Assembly (NCBI GenBank): GCA_040218735.1 | Contig: JAVJQW010000062.1 | Coordinates: 288,001-352,000, forward strand | Direction: 5' to 3' | From: Deltaproteobacteria bacterium | GTDB lineage: Bacteria; Myxococcota; Kuafuiibacteriia; Kuafuiibacteriales; Kuafuiibacteriaceae | Length of the DNA: 64,000 bases | In this document: positions 51,046-62,300 of the stretch, one piece after another | How positions within the stretch are numbered: the stretch's first letter is position 1 | Layout of the letters: each line of letters starts with the position of its first letter | The notes under the pieces: model-generated | What the model was told of the DNA's origin: nothing | What the model saw: only the letters and a program-made list of their open reading frames with translations | The model's database searches: none | Position numbers and translations under genes: made by a program

Positions 51046-51966
51046 TCAGCCCGGCGGGAGCGGGCGCGTGCGGAAGCGTTTGTGCGTCCAGAACCACTGC
51101 TCGGGGTGCTCGCGGATCGCCGCTTCGATCCATTCGGTATAACGCTGCGTCATGTGTTCGACGGTCTCGGCGCGAGTCTGCATTCGCTCGAAGGGGATCG
51201 GCGCGGAGATCTCCGCGACGTGTCCGTCGCGCTCCCGGTACGGCTTCACGCCGACGACCGTCGCGCCCGTGCGTTCGGCGAGCACCGCGAGGCCGGTCAT
51301 CGTGCAAGCTGACTTGCCGAAGAAGTCCACGAACACGCCGATGCTCCGCGTGGCGTTCTGATCGAGGACGAACACCACCGTCTCGTTGTTCTTCAACGCC
51401 TTGAGCACCGGCCTCACCGCGCCGGCCGCGGGGATGATCTTCAGACCGGCGGAGCGGCGGGTGTCGTTCACGAACGCGTCGACGCCCGGCGTGAACGGCT
51501 TCACGACCAGAGACACCGGCGCGAACTCCTCCGCGGAGCCCGCGACGACCAGCTCGAAGGAGCCGAGGTGCCCGGAGAGGATCAGCGTACCCTTCCCGCG
51601 CGCCTTCGCCTCCGCGAGGTGCTCGACGCCGCGGCGGTCGATCCGCGGGAAGCCGCGCCGCACGTAGGCGCGGATGCGGATGAACTCGAGGAGCGTCTGC
51701 ACGAGGTGCACGTACGCCGCGCGCGCGATGCGGCGCCGTTCGCGTGGGGGCGCCTCCGGGAACGCCTGCGCGAGGTTCGCGTTCACGACGCCGTGCCGGT
51801 ACGGCACGAGGAACGCCCACGCCGCGCCGGCGATGCGCGCGACGAGTCGGACGAGCGACTCCGGCCACCACCCGACGAACGCTGCGAGCAGGCTGAGGAC
51901 GAACCTCACGACGCCACCACGCCCGAAGAGACCTGCGCGCGCGGCGAGCCGGTCGCCGCTACGCAT
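51046..51966 (-). CDS. Lipid A lauroyl/acyltransferase (LpxL/HtrB family)
   Basis: SGHLGSFE, VLDQN, FVDFFG and PEQWFWTHKRF motifs. Start uncertain. Confidence 0.92.
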   Translation of the reverse strand: MRSGDRLAARAGLFGRGGVVRFVLSLLAAFVGWWPESLVRLVARIAGAAWAFLVPYRHGVVNANLAQAFPEAPPRERRRIARAAYVHLVQTLLEFIRIRAYVRRGFPRIDRRGVEHLAEAKARGKGTLILSGHLGSFELVVAGSAEEFAPVSLVVKPFTPGVDAFVNDTRRSAGLKIIPAAGAVRPVLKALKNNETVVFVLDQNATRSIGVFVDFFGKSACTMTGLAVLAERTGATVVGVKPYRERDGHVAEISAPIPFERMQTRAETVEHMTQRYTEWIEAAIREHPEQWFWTHKRFRTRPLPPG

Positions 51967-52027
51967 CGACGAACGAGGACCCCCTCCTCGTTCGGGGAGC
52001 CAGGCGCTCGTCGCCGCGCCGCAAGCG

Positions 52028-53023
52028 TCACGCGAGCGCCTCCGCGACGAGCCGATCCAGCACGTCCTCCCCGCGCAGGATCCTGTGCTCCAAACGCACC
52101 ACCGCGAACCGCGCCGCCACCTCGGGCGGCATCCGGACCGCGTCCTTCTCGGTGGTCAGGAGAACCTCCGCGTCGCGCGCGTCCGCGAAGAAACCTTCGA
52201 GGGTCGCGGCGTCGAACCACGCGTGGTCGCGCGCCGCGAACGTGTGCACGACCTCCCCGCCCAGCCGACGCACCGTGTTCACGAAGCGCGACGGCCGCGC
52301 GATGCCGCTGAGCAGCGCGACGCGGCGGCCTTCGATCTCGGCCGTCACCTCGGCGTGTTCGATCACCTCGACGGTGGGTTTGTCGATCGGGACGTCGATC
52401 GCGGAACACTCGACCGCGCCGTGGTTCAGGACGAGCCCCGTAGCGCGCTCCAGCGCGGCGACCGGCTCCCGCAACGGCCCGCGCGGCAACAAACAACCGT
52501 TGCCGAAGGGGACGTGCGCGTCGAGCAGCACCAGATCCACGTCGCGTTTCAGGCGGCGGTGCTGAAAGCCGTCGTCGAGCAGAACGACCTCGGCTCCGAG
52601 CGCCTCGATCGCATGCCGCGCCCCGCGCGCGCGCTCCGCACACACCACGACGCAAGCGTTCGTCCGCTGCGCGAGCAGGAACGGCTCGTCCCCCGCCGCC
52701 GCGACGTCGACGATCGGGCCCTCGCCCTTCGACACTACGACCAGCGCATCCGAGGTGTCGCGCCGCCCGTACCCGCGACTCACGATCGCGACCTTGGCGT
52801 CGATGCGCCCCGCGAGGAGCGCGGTGAACGGCGTCTTGCCGGTGCCCCCCACCGCGAGGTTGCCGACGCTGATCACCGGGCGGTCGACCTTCGCCGCGTT
52901 CAGCCAGCCGAGATCGAACATCCGTCCGCGCGCGCGTGTCACCGCGGAGAAGAGCGCCGCGCCCACGGACGCCGCGGGGCGCAAGAGCACCGGCGGATCG
53001 GCCTCGGCGGGGTCCCAGATCAC
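52028..53023 (-). CDS. lpxK: Tetraacyldisaccharide 4'-kinase
   Basis: SVGNLAVGGTGKTP, SRGYG, GDEP, LDDGFQH, LPRGPLRE and TTEKDAV motifs. Confidence 0.96.
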   Translation of the reverse strand: MIWDPAEADPPVLLRPAASVGAALFSAVTRARGRMFDLGWLNAAKVDRPVISVGNLAVGGTGKTPFTALLAGRIDAKVAIVSRGYGRRDTSDALVVVSKGEGPIVDVAAAGDEPFLLAQRTNACVVVCAERARGARHAIEALGAEVVLLDDGFQHRRLKRDVDLVLLDAHVPFGNGCLLPRGPLREPVAALERATGLVLNHGAVECSAIDVPIDKPTVEVIEHAEVTAEIEGRRVALLSGIARPSRFVNTVRRLGGEVVHTFAARDHAWFDAATLEGFFADARDAEVLLTTEKDAVRMPPEVAARFAVVRLEHRILRGEDVLDRLVAEALA

Positions 53024-54000
53024 GCGTGTCTCCGCACCGCGCGCAGCACGGTCTCGACGTCCAGCGTCTGCATGCACGCGTGGTCGCGCCCGCGCACGGG
53101 ACAGGACTCCCCGCCCGTGTTGCTGCACGGCGCGCAGTCGAGATCCAACGTGACGACGCGGTGGGCGTCGCCGATCGGCCCCCACCGCACCGGCGAGGTC
53201 GGCCCGAAGATCACCGTGGTCGGCACGCCCAGCGCCGCGGCGATGTGCGCGGGGCCGGTGTCGACGGTGACCAGCGCATCGAGTGTCGCGAGGATCTCGA
53301 CGAGGCCGACGACGTCCATCCCGTCGACGGCGATGTCCGCAACGCGATCGCCGAGCGCCGACCGAAGCTTCTCGAGGAGCGGCCGATCGGCGGGGCCCCC
53401 CACGAGGACTATCTCCTCGGCGTCCATTCGTGAGGCGAGCTCGGCGAAGCGCTCCACCGGCCAGCGCTTCGTCGCGTGCGTCGCGCCCGGCGACAGGCCC
53501 ACGCGCCCCGGCTTCGTGTTGCGCTCGAACCCCGACAACCGAGGCCGCCGATCGATCTCGGTCGCCACCCCCGCCGCGGCGAGCACCGACAGGTACAGGT
53601 CGACCGAGTGCCGATCGTCGATCGGCGGATCGTGACCAACCAGGGACAAGAGCGCTTGTCCGACGGTGCGTTTCTCCAGCGTCGCACGACGTGCGCCCGC
53701 GAAGCGTCGTGATAGCGAGCGCGTCCGCAACTTGCCTTGCAGATCGATGACGAGGTCGTAGCGATCGTCGAGGCGCTCCCGCACCCGGTCGACGCCGCGC
53801 ATCCCGCGGTCCTCACCGCGCCGGTCGTAGCCGACGACGCGATCCACGCCGAGGCCGCGCTCCACGAACGCGGCGTAGCGTTGGTCGGTGACGTAGTGAA
53901 TGGTGACGTCGGGATCGTGGGCGCGCAGCGCGCGGATCACTGGCTCGGTCAGGACAACGTCCCCCAGCGCGGTGAGGCGCATGACGAGAATCTGCGCCAC
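53020..54000 (-). CDS. Glycosyltransferase family 9 (heptosyltransferase-like)
   Basis: ILVMRLTALGDVV, ATKRWP, VDTGPAHIAAALGVPT.IFGPT and CAPC motifs. Confidence 0.92.
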   Translation of the reverse strand: MAQILVMRLTALGDVVLTEPVIRALRAHDPDVTIHYVTDQRYAAFVERGLGVDRVVGYDRRGEDRGMRGVDRVRERLDDRYDLVIDLQGKLRTRSLSRRFAGARRATLEKRTVGQALLSLVGHDPPIDDRHSVDLYLSVLAAAGVATEIDRRPRLSGFERNTKPGRVGLSPGATHATKRWPVERFAELASRMDAEEIVLVGGPADRPLLEKLRSALGDRVADIAVDGMDVVGLVEILATLDALVTVDTGPAHIAAALGVPTTVIFGPTSPVRWGPIGDAHRVVTLDLDCAPCSNTGGESCPVRGRDHACMQTLDVETVLRAVRRHA

Positions 54001-54024
54001 GGCGGGCGCACGATACCCCAATCT

Positions 54025-55017
54025 TCAGGCGTGCTGCCGCGCCTTCCTCGAGGCGCCGCGGCCGTCGAGCCGATCGCGATCCTCGTGATACCCGAGCGCG
54101 CGGGTGCGGGCGTGCACCCGAGCCCCCGCGCCCAGGGCGCCGACGCCGTCGAGCATCGACAGCCCCAGCACGACCGCCGGGACGAGCGCTCCGCCGACGC
54201 CGGGCACCTCGGCCATGTCCTGCTTGCCGATGGACGCGAGGCTGCACGCGGCGCGTCCGGCCCACACGATGGGCGCGGCGAAGGCGCCCCCGAGGGGGGT
54301 GTGCGCTTCGACGATCGGCTTCGCGATCTGCGTGAGATCCCGACCGCGGAGGAACCGCAGCTGCACGAGCTCGCGCAGCCGATCCGGGAACCGGTGGACA
54401 GTCCGCGCCTCGGGCACGAACTGGATGCGCACCCCTGCTTCGGCGAGCTGCATTCCGAGGAGCTGACAGTGGCCGCGGTAGAGGTCGTGGCCGACGGGGA
54501 ACGGGTTGGCTTCGAACACGTCGCGGCGGAACGCGACGTTGTTCGCGTAGAAGTTCTTCGTCCACCGCGTTCCCTCGGTGAAGTACATGAAGTCGATCGT
54601 CGTCGCGGCGGCGCCGAGGACGCCTTCGCGGTAGGTCGTGCGCCCCGCGGTGACCTTCGCGCCGTCCGCGAAGGGGGCGACGAGGTTCGACAGCCAGGCC
54701 TCGTCCGGCCAGCAGTCGGCGTCGGCGAAGACGACCACGTCGGCGGTCGTCGCCTCGAAGCCGAGGTTCTTGCCGGCGTAGTAGTCGTCGTCGGGTGCGA
54801 TCGCGACGAGCGCGACGGACCGATCTGCGGCCGCTTCGATGCGCGGGGCGTAGGCCGCGAGTGGACCGTCGTGTGTCACGACGAGCTCGGTGAGCGGCTT
54901 GAGCTGCGGTCGAAGGTGTTCGAGCAGCCGAGTGAGCGAGCGCGTGACTCGCTCGGGGTCGGCGCCCGCGCCCTTCAGGTTGTGGGTCTCGAGGACCAGT
55001 GCAGTGCTCGTAGGCAT
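54025..55017 (-). CDS. Glycosyltransferase family 2-like protein
   Basis: GKNLG, VVVFADADC (DxD) and ANNVAFRR motifs. Confidence 0.82.
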   Translation of the reverse strand: MPTSTALVLETHNLKGAGADPERVTRSLTRLLEHLRPQLKPLTELVVTHDGPLAAYAPRIEAAADRSVALVAIAPDDDYYAGKNLGFEATTADVVVFADADCWPDEAWLSNLVAPFADGAKVTAGRTTYREGVLGAAATTIDFMYFTEGTRWTKNFYANNVAFRRDVFEANPFPVGHDLYRGHCQLLGMQLAEAGVRIQFVPEARTVHRFPDRLRELVQLRFLRGRDLTQIAKPIVEAHTPLGGAFAAPIVWAGRAACSLASIGKQDMAEVPGVGGALVPAVVLGLSMLDGVGALGAGARVHARTRALGYHEDRDRLDGRGASRKARQHA

Positions 55018-56273
55018 CGGTGATTCCTTTCGTCGATCAGGAGGTGGAGGGTCCGGCGCCAGTCGCCGGCGATCGTGGCGACCGCTTCGCCCGGGGGCGC
55101 CCGACGCGCGCGTTCGATCGCGGCGGGGAGCGCATCGGGCGTGGCGACGTCGACGACCTCGAAGTCGCGGCCCAGCCGTGTGAGGTTCTCGCGTTGCTCC
55201 GGCTGGCGGGACCGCAGCGCGACGTAGGCGACGCCCGACGCCTTCACGGCGGTCAGCGTCGCAACGCCGGGCGCGGAGACTACGACATCGGCGGCCGCGA
55301 GTTTGTCCGCGAGGTCCGCATCGTAGGCGACCCACCCGGGACGCCCCGCGAAGCCCTCGCCCACCGCGTAGAGGCGGCCGGGCGTAGACTCCAGCGCCGC
55401 CGCGAGGCGGGGGTCCGCGAAGTGCGGGTTCAGGTAGGCGACGACGAGCCGCTCGTCGGAGCCGACGCCGAGCGCACGGCGCACCGCCTCGCGCGAGCGA
55501 CGCGGCGGCTCCACGAGCGGGCGGAGGCGGGTGCCTTCCGGGTCGGCGTCGACCGCGTACTCGATGCGCGCGAAGGCGCGACGCAGGGCCCGCGCGAGGA
55601 GCCGGGCGAACAGGCCCGAGGGGACCTCGGCGCCGGAGCGTCGGGGCCCGTGCTGCGAACGCGAAAGGACCTGGTGAGCGTGCGAAGGAATCGGCGCGTC
55701 GATTCGGCCGACGTCGGCGCCCGGCGCTCCGGACGACCCGGGCACCGCGGTGGCCACGGAACCGACGCGGGCGTTCGGGACACGGGACGACGCCGCGCGC
55801 GCTTCGGTCTTCCTCCCCGGCGAGCGGAGGGACTCGCGGCGACCGCCGCCGATCTCCACCACCGCCTCCAAGAGCGTCGTCCCGAAGACGTGGACGATCG
55901 GTACGACGAGAGGGTCGAAGAGGAGCGATGCGATCAGGGTCGCCGGGTGGAGCGCGTCGTCGACGATCAGGTCGTAGTCCTCGGCCGAGCGGCGTAGGCG
56001 GCGCACATCGCCGAACGCGTCGCGGGCCAGGTACCGCAGGAGTCGTCCTTGCGTGCGCCCGCGCTCGAGGTGCTGCTGCGCGTCGAACGCCAACGCGTAG
56101 CCGCGACCGAGCACGTGCGCCGGGGTTCCGAGGGCGGCGAGGAAGGCGACGCCCGCGTCGCTCGTGGTCACCACGTCGACCTCGACCGAAGGCGCGAGCA
56201 TCCGGCGCGCGCGGCGTGCGCGCATCAGGTGCCCCCGCGCGTCGGCGACGGCGATCCAGAGGATCCGGCTCAC
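54975..56273 (-). CDS. GT-B fold glycosyltransferase-like protein (GT28/MurG C-terminal-like)
   Basis: RILWIAVADARGHLMRA, YDLIVDD, ADVVVSAPG and QPEQREN motifs. GTG start overlaps the upstream stop. Confidence 0.7.
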   Translation of the reverse strand: MSRILWIAVADARGHLMRARRARRMLAPSVEVDVVTTSDAGVAFLAALGTPAHVLGRGYALAFDAQQHLERGRTQGRLLRYLARDAFGDVRRLRRSAEDYDLIVDDALHPATLIASLLFDPLVVPIVHVFGTTLLEAVVEIGGGRRESLRSPGRKTEARAASSRVPNARVGSVATAVPGSSGAPGADVGRIDAPIPSHAHQVLSRSQHGPRRSGAEVPSGLFARLLARALRRAFARIEYAVDADPEGTRLRPLVEPPRRSREAVRRALGVGSDERLVVAYLNPHFADPRLAAALESTPGRLYAVGEGFAGRPGWVAYDADLADKLAAADVVVSAPGVATLTAVKASGVAYVALRSRQPEQRENLTRLGRDFEVVDVATPDALPAAIERARRAPPGEAVATIAGDWRRTLHLLIDERNHRCLRALHWSSRPTT

Positions 56274-57070
56274 GCGTTCGCCCTCGGTACGAGGTCGAAC
56301 AGCGCGAGCTCGGGTGCGGTGCCGCGCCCGTAGCGCAGGCCGCGCCGCGTGTGGCCGAGCCCCGCGTTCACGTACAGCAGCGCGTCGTCGACGGCGGTGG
56401 ATCCCGAGAGGAACGGCATCCCGCGGCGCCGCGCGACGGCGGCGGTCAGCACCGGTACGCGGACCTGGCCGCCGTGGGTGTGTCCGCTGAGGATCAGGCG
56501 CGCCCCGCCCTGCTCGACGATCGGCACCGCGATCCCCGGCGAGTGGGAGAGCACGAGGTGGTCGGCGTCGGGCGCACCGGCGAAGGCGGCTTCGACGTCG
56601 TGGTGGTGCGTCACCGAGTCGTCGATCCCGACCACCGAGACCCCCGCCGCTTCCGCGCGACCGTTCACGAGGACCTTCGCGCCCGCGCGGGTGAGGAGCT
56701 CGGCGATCGCCTTCGCGTCCGTCCAGTGATCGTGATTGCCGAGCGTCGCGAGCTTGGGCCCCGGGAGCGCGCGCACGAACGCCTCCAACCGCGAGGCGTG
56801 CGTGAGGGAGTGGTTCACGTAGTCGCCCGTGAGCACCACGAGATCCGGGCGCGCTTCGATCGTCGCCTCCACCGCCGCCGCGAGCATCGCGGGCGGCGTC
56901 GACCAACCCACGTGCACGTCCGTCAGGTGCGCGACGCGGACCCTACGCCGCGTCCGCCACGGCACCTCGTGCCGCGTAACGCGGAGCCGATGATGGGAGG
57001 CGAGGAACACACCACCCGCCGATACGATCGCGGCGCCGCCGCCGATGAGGAGCTTCCGTCGAGTCATCAC
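56270..57070 (-). CDS. Tat-exported metallophosphoesterase (YkuE-like)
   Basis: TRRKLL twin-Arg signal; TDVH, TGDYV, GNHD, LSH and SGHTHGGQ motifs. Confidence 0.92.
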   Translation of the reverse strand: MMTRRKLLIGGGAAIVSAGGVFLASHHRLRVTRHEVPWRTRRRVRVAHLTDVHVGWSTPPAMLAAAVEATIEARPDLVVLTGDYVNHSLTHASRLEAFVRALPGPKLATLGNHDHWTDAKAIAELLTRAGAKVLVNGRAEAAGVSVVGIDDSVTHHHDVEAAFAGAPDADHLVLSHSPGIAVPIVEQGGARLILSGHTHGGQVRVPVLTAAVARRRGMPFLSGSTAVDDALLYVNAGLGHTRRGLRYGRGTAPELALFDLVPRANA

Positions 57071-57157
57071 GCCGTCGACGGTGCCTGGTCACGCGGCGCC
57101 GAGGGTGGACGGCCCAGGGAACTTTCGTGGCAGTTGCGTGGCGGTATCGGATGGCTT

Positions 57158-58069
57158 CTAGAAGATCGAGGTGCCGGTCTTGGTCGTCAGCAGCTCGAGC
57201 GCCATCGTGCCTGCGAGGGAGTTGCCCTTCTTGCCGAGGCCCGGGGACCACGTCGTGGCGACGAACTGGCCAGGGAGCACCGCGACGATGCCGCCGCCGA
57301 CGCCGCTCTTGGCCGGGAGGCCGACGCGGTAGGCGAAGTCGCCCGCCTCGTCGTAGACGCCGCAGGTCAGCATGACGGCGTTGAGGCGTTTGGCCTGGCG
57401 GGCGGTGACGACGGTCTCGCCCGACGGCGCGCGGCCGCCGGTCGCGAGGAACGTGAACGCGCGGCACAGCCCGCGGCAGCTCATGGAGACCGAACACAGC
57501 TTGCAGTACGCCTCCATCACGGCCTCGGGATCCTCGCGCAGCACGCCGAACGAGTTGAGGAAGTGCACGACGGCGCGGTTGCGGTCGCCGGTCGCCAGCT
57601 CCGCTTCGGCGACCTCCAGGTCGTAGTCGATCGTCGGGTCGCCGGCCGCCTGACGGATGAACTGCAGGACGGGATCGACGCTGCCGCGGCTGGCGTGGAG
57701 GATCGTGTCCATCACCACGAGCGCGCCCGCGTTGATCATCGGGTTGCGCGGGACGCCCTCCTCGACTTCGAGCTGGATCAGCGAGTTGAACCGCGTGCCG
57801 GAGGGCTCGCGGCCGACACGCTCCCAGACGTCGTCGCCGACGAGCTTCATCGCCAGCGCGAGGCTCAGCACCTTCGCGATGCTCTGGATGGAGAACGGCG
57901 TGTCCGCATCACCCACGTGGTACTCGGCGCCGTCGACCTTGCGCAGCGCCATGCCGAACTGCTGCGACTCGACGTTGGCGAGCGACGGGATGTAATCGGC
58001 GACCTCCCCGCCGCTCAGCAGCTCGGCGCACTCGGACTCGATCTCGCGCAGGATGTTCGCGTAGTCCAC
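57158..58069 (-). CDS. glsA: Glutaminase
   Basis: VADYIPSLA, SIQSIAK, EPSGTRFNS, NPMINAGAL and PAKSGVGGG motifs. Confidence 0.96.
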   Translation of the reverse strand: MDYANILREIESECAELLSGGEVADYIPSLANVESQQFGMALRKVDGAEYHVGDADTPFSIQSIAKVLSLALAMKLVGDDVWERVGREPSGTRFNSLIQLEVEEGVPRNPMINAGALVVMDTILHASRGSVDPVLQFIRQAAGDPTIDYDLEVAEAELATGDRNRAVVHFLNSFGVLREDPEAVMEAYCKLCSVSMSCRGLCRAFTFLATGGRAPSGETVVTARQAKRLNAVMLTCGVYDEAGDFAYRVGLPAKSGVGGGIVAVLPGQFVATTWSPGLGKKGNSLAGTMALELLTTKTGTSIF

Positions 58070-58094
58070 GGTCTCGGACCGTAACATCCCCGCG

Positions 58095-59342
58095 TCAGCG
58101 CGCTTCGGTCGGCCAGTCGCCCACCGCGCGTGTGAGCCGCAGCGCGGCAGCGCTCGCCTCGAAGCGCTCCTGCGCGAGCGCCTGCGCGGCGTCGTACTCG
58201 GCGACGGCGGCGTCGGCCTGCTCGAGCGCGCTCGCGAGCCCCTGCGTGAAACGCGCGCGGACCTCCTCCGCGTTCTCGCGCGCGACCTCGAGCCGCGCCT
58301 CGGCCTGCGCGACGGCGGCCTGCGCCGTGTTCAGATCCGTGCGCGCCTGGGAAAGCTCCAGCTTCACCTGCCGCAGCTGCTTCGACAGCGCGAGCTCCGA
58401 TTCGCGTGTGTCGGCCGCCCGCTGGCGCGCGATCGCGTAGCGCGCTCCGCCGTCCCACAGCAGCCATTCGGCCGTCGCCGAGAGGCTCCAGTTCGCGACG
58501 CGCTGCTGAAAGCCCGTCTCGTTCGTGAGGCTCGCCTCGGCCGCGACCCCCACGGTCGGGAGCAGCCCGTACCACGGCTCGCGCGCGGCGATGCGGTTCG
58601 CTTCGAGCTCACGGCGCAGGGTCTCGAGGTCCGGGCGCGCTTCGGTGGCGGTCGCGAGCAGCTCCGCTTCCCCGCCCGTCGGCGCGGTCTGGTCGGGCTC
58701 TTCGAGCTGTCCGTCCACGGCCCGCCCGACGACGAAGCCGAGCGACAACCGCAGCTGCCGCGCGGCGTTGTCGGCGCGCGTGGCTTCCAGCTTCGCCGTC
58801 GCGACCTCCAGCTTCGCGCGGTTCAACACGTTCTTCGCGGTGAGCCCGGCCTCGAAGCGGGCGTTCACGTTGTCGAAGGTCTCCTGCGCCAGCTCGAGCC
58901 GACGCTCCGCGGCCGCCCGCGCGCGCTCGCCCGCGAGGACCGCGACGTACAGATCCGCGACCTCGAACGCGAGCGTTCGCCGCAGCTCGACGTTCTTCGC
59001 CTCCGCCGCGCCGACGTCCGCGCCGGACTTCGACAGGCGCGCGAGCGCCGGGGCGTCGAACACGGTGAGCTCGGCGCGCGCCTGCGCAGACAGCGCGTTC
59101 AGCCGGTTGATGAACCGCTCCTCGCCGTCTTCGCCCGGGAAGCTCACCTGAAACGCACGGCGCCGGTACGTCCCGGAAACCGAGACCGCGCCGAACAGAT
59201 CCGCCCACGCCTCCCGCCGCTGCGCCTCGGCGCGCTCGATCACGAGCTTCGCGCTCTCGGCGCCTTCGTTCTTCGCGAGCGCCTCCGTCACCAACGCGTC
59301 CATCGAAACGGTCTGCGCCGCCAGCAAGAGCCCGAGGATCAC
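58095..59342 (-). CDS. TolC-family outer membrane efflux protein
   Basis: Two OEP repeats (ARFEAGL / ARFTQGL, EWLLWDGG); coupled to the RND gene. Confidence 0.92.
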   Translation of the reverse strand: MILGLLLAAQTVSMDALVTEALAKNEGAESAKLVIERAEAQRREAWADLFGAVSVSGTYRRRAFQVSFPGEDGEERFINRLNALSAQARAELTVFDAPALARLSKSGADVGAAEAKNVELRRTLAFEVADLYVAVLAGERARAAAERRLELAQETFDNVNARFEAGLTAKNVLNRAKLEVATAKLEATRADNAARQLRLSLGFVVGRAVDGQLEEPDQTAPTGGEAELLATATEARPDLETLRRELEANRIAAREPWYGLLPTVGVAAEASLTNETGFQQRVANWSLSATAEWLLWDGGARYAIARQRAADTRESELALSKQLRQVKLELSQARTDLNTAQAAVAQAEARLEVARENAEEVRARFTQGLASALEQADAAVAEYDAAQALAQERFEASAAALRLTRAVGDWPTEAR

Positions 59343-62300
59343 GCCTTCACCCCCCGCAACCGCCACAACACCACGAACGCCGCCGGGACCACGAACAGCG
59401 TGAGCACCGTCGACAGCGCCAACCCGCCCAGGACGATCGCGCCGACGCCGCGGTACAGCTCCGAGCCGCTCCCCGGGAACAACACGAGCGGCGACAGCCC
59501 CGCGATCGACGTGAGCGCCGACATGAAGATCGGCCGGATGCGCCGCGACACCGCGCGCTCCAGCGCGACGTCCAGCGGCTCACCCGCGCGCAGGTTCGTT
59601 ATCGCGCCATCCACCACGAGGATCGCGTTGTTCACCACGACGCCGATCAGGATGACGAAGCCGATCGCCGTCAGCATGTCGAACGTCTGGGCGCCGAGGA
59701 ACCGATCCACCAACAACAGCGCCACCACCCCGCCCGCCGCGGCGAGCGGCACCGTCACCATCACCGCGATCGGCGCGAGGAAGTCTTCGAACAGCGCGGC
59801 CATGAGGAGGAAGCTGATCACCACCGCGAGCAACAAGACCTGGAACAGGCGCACCTTCGCGAGCTCGAGCTGCCCGGCGGTCCCCGAGAGCGACACGTCG
59901 ATCTCACTCGGGATGACCCCCTCGCTTCGCAGCCGCTGCACCACCTGCGTGCGGATCGTGTTCATCGCGTCCTCGAGCGCGACGTCGTCCGGAGGGGACA
60001 CCGCGATGGTGATCGAACGGCTCCGCTCGATGCGGCGGATGACCGTCGGCCCGAGCGCCTCGTCCACCGTCGCGACCGCGCGCAGCGGCACGACCCCGCC
60101 CGTCGGCGTCGCGACCGGCGCCGCCGACAGCGCGCTCACGTCCACGAGCCCTCGCTGATCCTTCGAGCCCTTCGCGGTGAGCACGACGTCGATCTTCGGC
60201 TCACCCTCGCGCCCGTACTCGCCGATGATCGCGCCGTCGATCAGCGCGTCGACGGCGAGCCCGATGTCCGCGCCCGACAACCCGACCTCCGCGGCGCGCG
60301 CGCGGTCGGGGCGTACGCGGTACTCGGGGGCGCCGTGATCCAGGGAGGGGATCGGCCGCACCTGCGCGCCCGGGATCGCCTCCCGCACCGCGCCGAGGAT
60401 CGCGCCACCGGTGTCGACGAGCTGTCCCAGGTCCTGGCCGCCGATGTCGATCTCCACGCCGCGGCCGCCGCCGATGCTGCGCCCGAACAGGCTCGCCTGC
60501 GTGGCGATCGGGAACATGCCCGGCACGGTCGCGAGGAGCTCTCGGTACCAAGCGACGAACTCCTGCGTGCGGTTCTCGTCGACCACGCCGGCGCCCATCA
60601 GCCCGTTCTCCGGTCGCCCCACGTAGAACGAACGCGACACCGCCGGCACCCCGTCGACCTCCTGCTCGATGTGTTTCGCAACCTCGGTCTGGATGCGCTC
60701 GCCGATGACGCGCATCTCCTCGACCGAGTACCCGGGCGGCGGCACGAGGATGCCAAACGCAAAGGCGCGGTTGCCGGTCGGGAGGTACTCCATCGAGGGC
60801 AGCAGCATCACCGTCGCGCCGCCCGCGACGACCAGCGCCGCCCCCATCACCGCGAACGAGCGCCACCACGAGCGCGCGAGCTTCGCGACCACGCCGCCCG
60901 TCGCGTCGCGGAACCGCACGCCGACGTCCTCCAGCTTGCCGAGGTTGAACGACTTGCCCTCGCGCCCTTCGAGCAGCACGCGTGCGAAGCTCGGGATCAC
61001 GAGCACCGAGACGACCAGCGACACGATGACCGCCGTGGAGATCGCGACCGCGATGTCGCGGAGGATCTCGCCGACCTCGTCCTGCCAGGTGATGATCGGG
61101 ATGAACACCACCGCGGTGGTGAGCGTGCTCGCGACGATTGCACCCCACACCTCGCGGGTCGCGATGATCGCGGCGTCGCGGATCGTCCCGCGCTCCTTCT
61201 GCACCGTGTCGATGTTCTCGAGCACGACGATCGCGTTGTCCACGACCATACCCACCGCGAACGCCATCCCCGCGAGCGACACCACGTTGATCGTGCGCCC
61301 GAGCAGCGACATGCCGAGCGCCGTCCCGAGCGTACACACCGGGATCGCGACGGCGACCACCGCCGACGAACGCACGCTCCGCAGGAAGATCAGCAACACC
61401 AGCACCGCGAGCAACCCGCCGACGAAGAGGTTCTGGCGCACGAGGTCGAGCGCCGCCTCGATGTACCCGGTCTGATCCGACACCACCGTCAGCTTCAGAC
61501 CGCGCGGCGCCATCGTCGTCGCCTCGAGCTCCGCGGTGAGGTCCTTCACCTGCCGCGTGACCTCCAGGACGTTCGTCCCCGCCTCCCGGAACAGGAGGAA
61601 CACCATCGACGGCGAGTCGTCCGAGAACACGTGCGCCTGCGGCTTGCGCAAGCCGAGTTGCACGGTCGCCACGTCCTGCAGTCGCACCGGCGCACCATCG
61701 ACTACCGCGAGCACCGCGTCCGCCAGCTCCTCGGGCTGCTCCGGCGCGAGGGGGGTCCGCACCAACAGACGGCGCTTGCCGACGGTGACGTCACCACCCG
61801 ACACGTCGACCAGCTCGGAGCGGAGCTTCGAGACGACCGCGCCGATCGTGAGCCCACGGGCCGCGAGCGCCGTCTCGTCGAACGCCACCTCCAGCTCGCG
61901 GTCGCGCCCGCCGATCAGCAAGACACGCGCGACCCCGGGGATGCGTTCGTAGAGCGGCTGCAGGCGCTGCTCGACCCACGTTCGGTACTGCGTGACGTCG
62001 CCCGCCGCCTTCGAGGTGATCGTGATGACCGCGAGCGGCGGCCCCGAGGTGTTCGACGCGGAGATGACCGGCTGGCGTGCGTTCTGCGGGTACTGCGGGA
62101 CCTGTGAGAGCAGGTTCGTCACGCGGACAAGCGCCTCCTCGATCGGCGTGCCGACCTCCAGCTCCAACGTGATGGTGCCGACCTCCAGGCGCGCCTCGGA
62201 CTCCATCCGCACCAGACCGGAGAGGCTCTTGAGCGCCTCCTCCTGCTCTTCGAGGATCTCCGACTCCACCTCGGTCGGCGCCGCGCCCGGCCACACCGTG

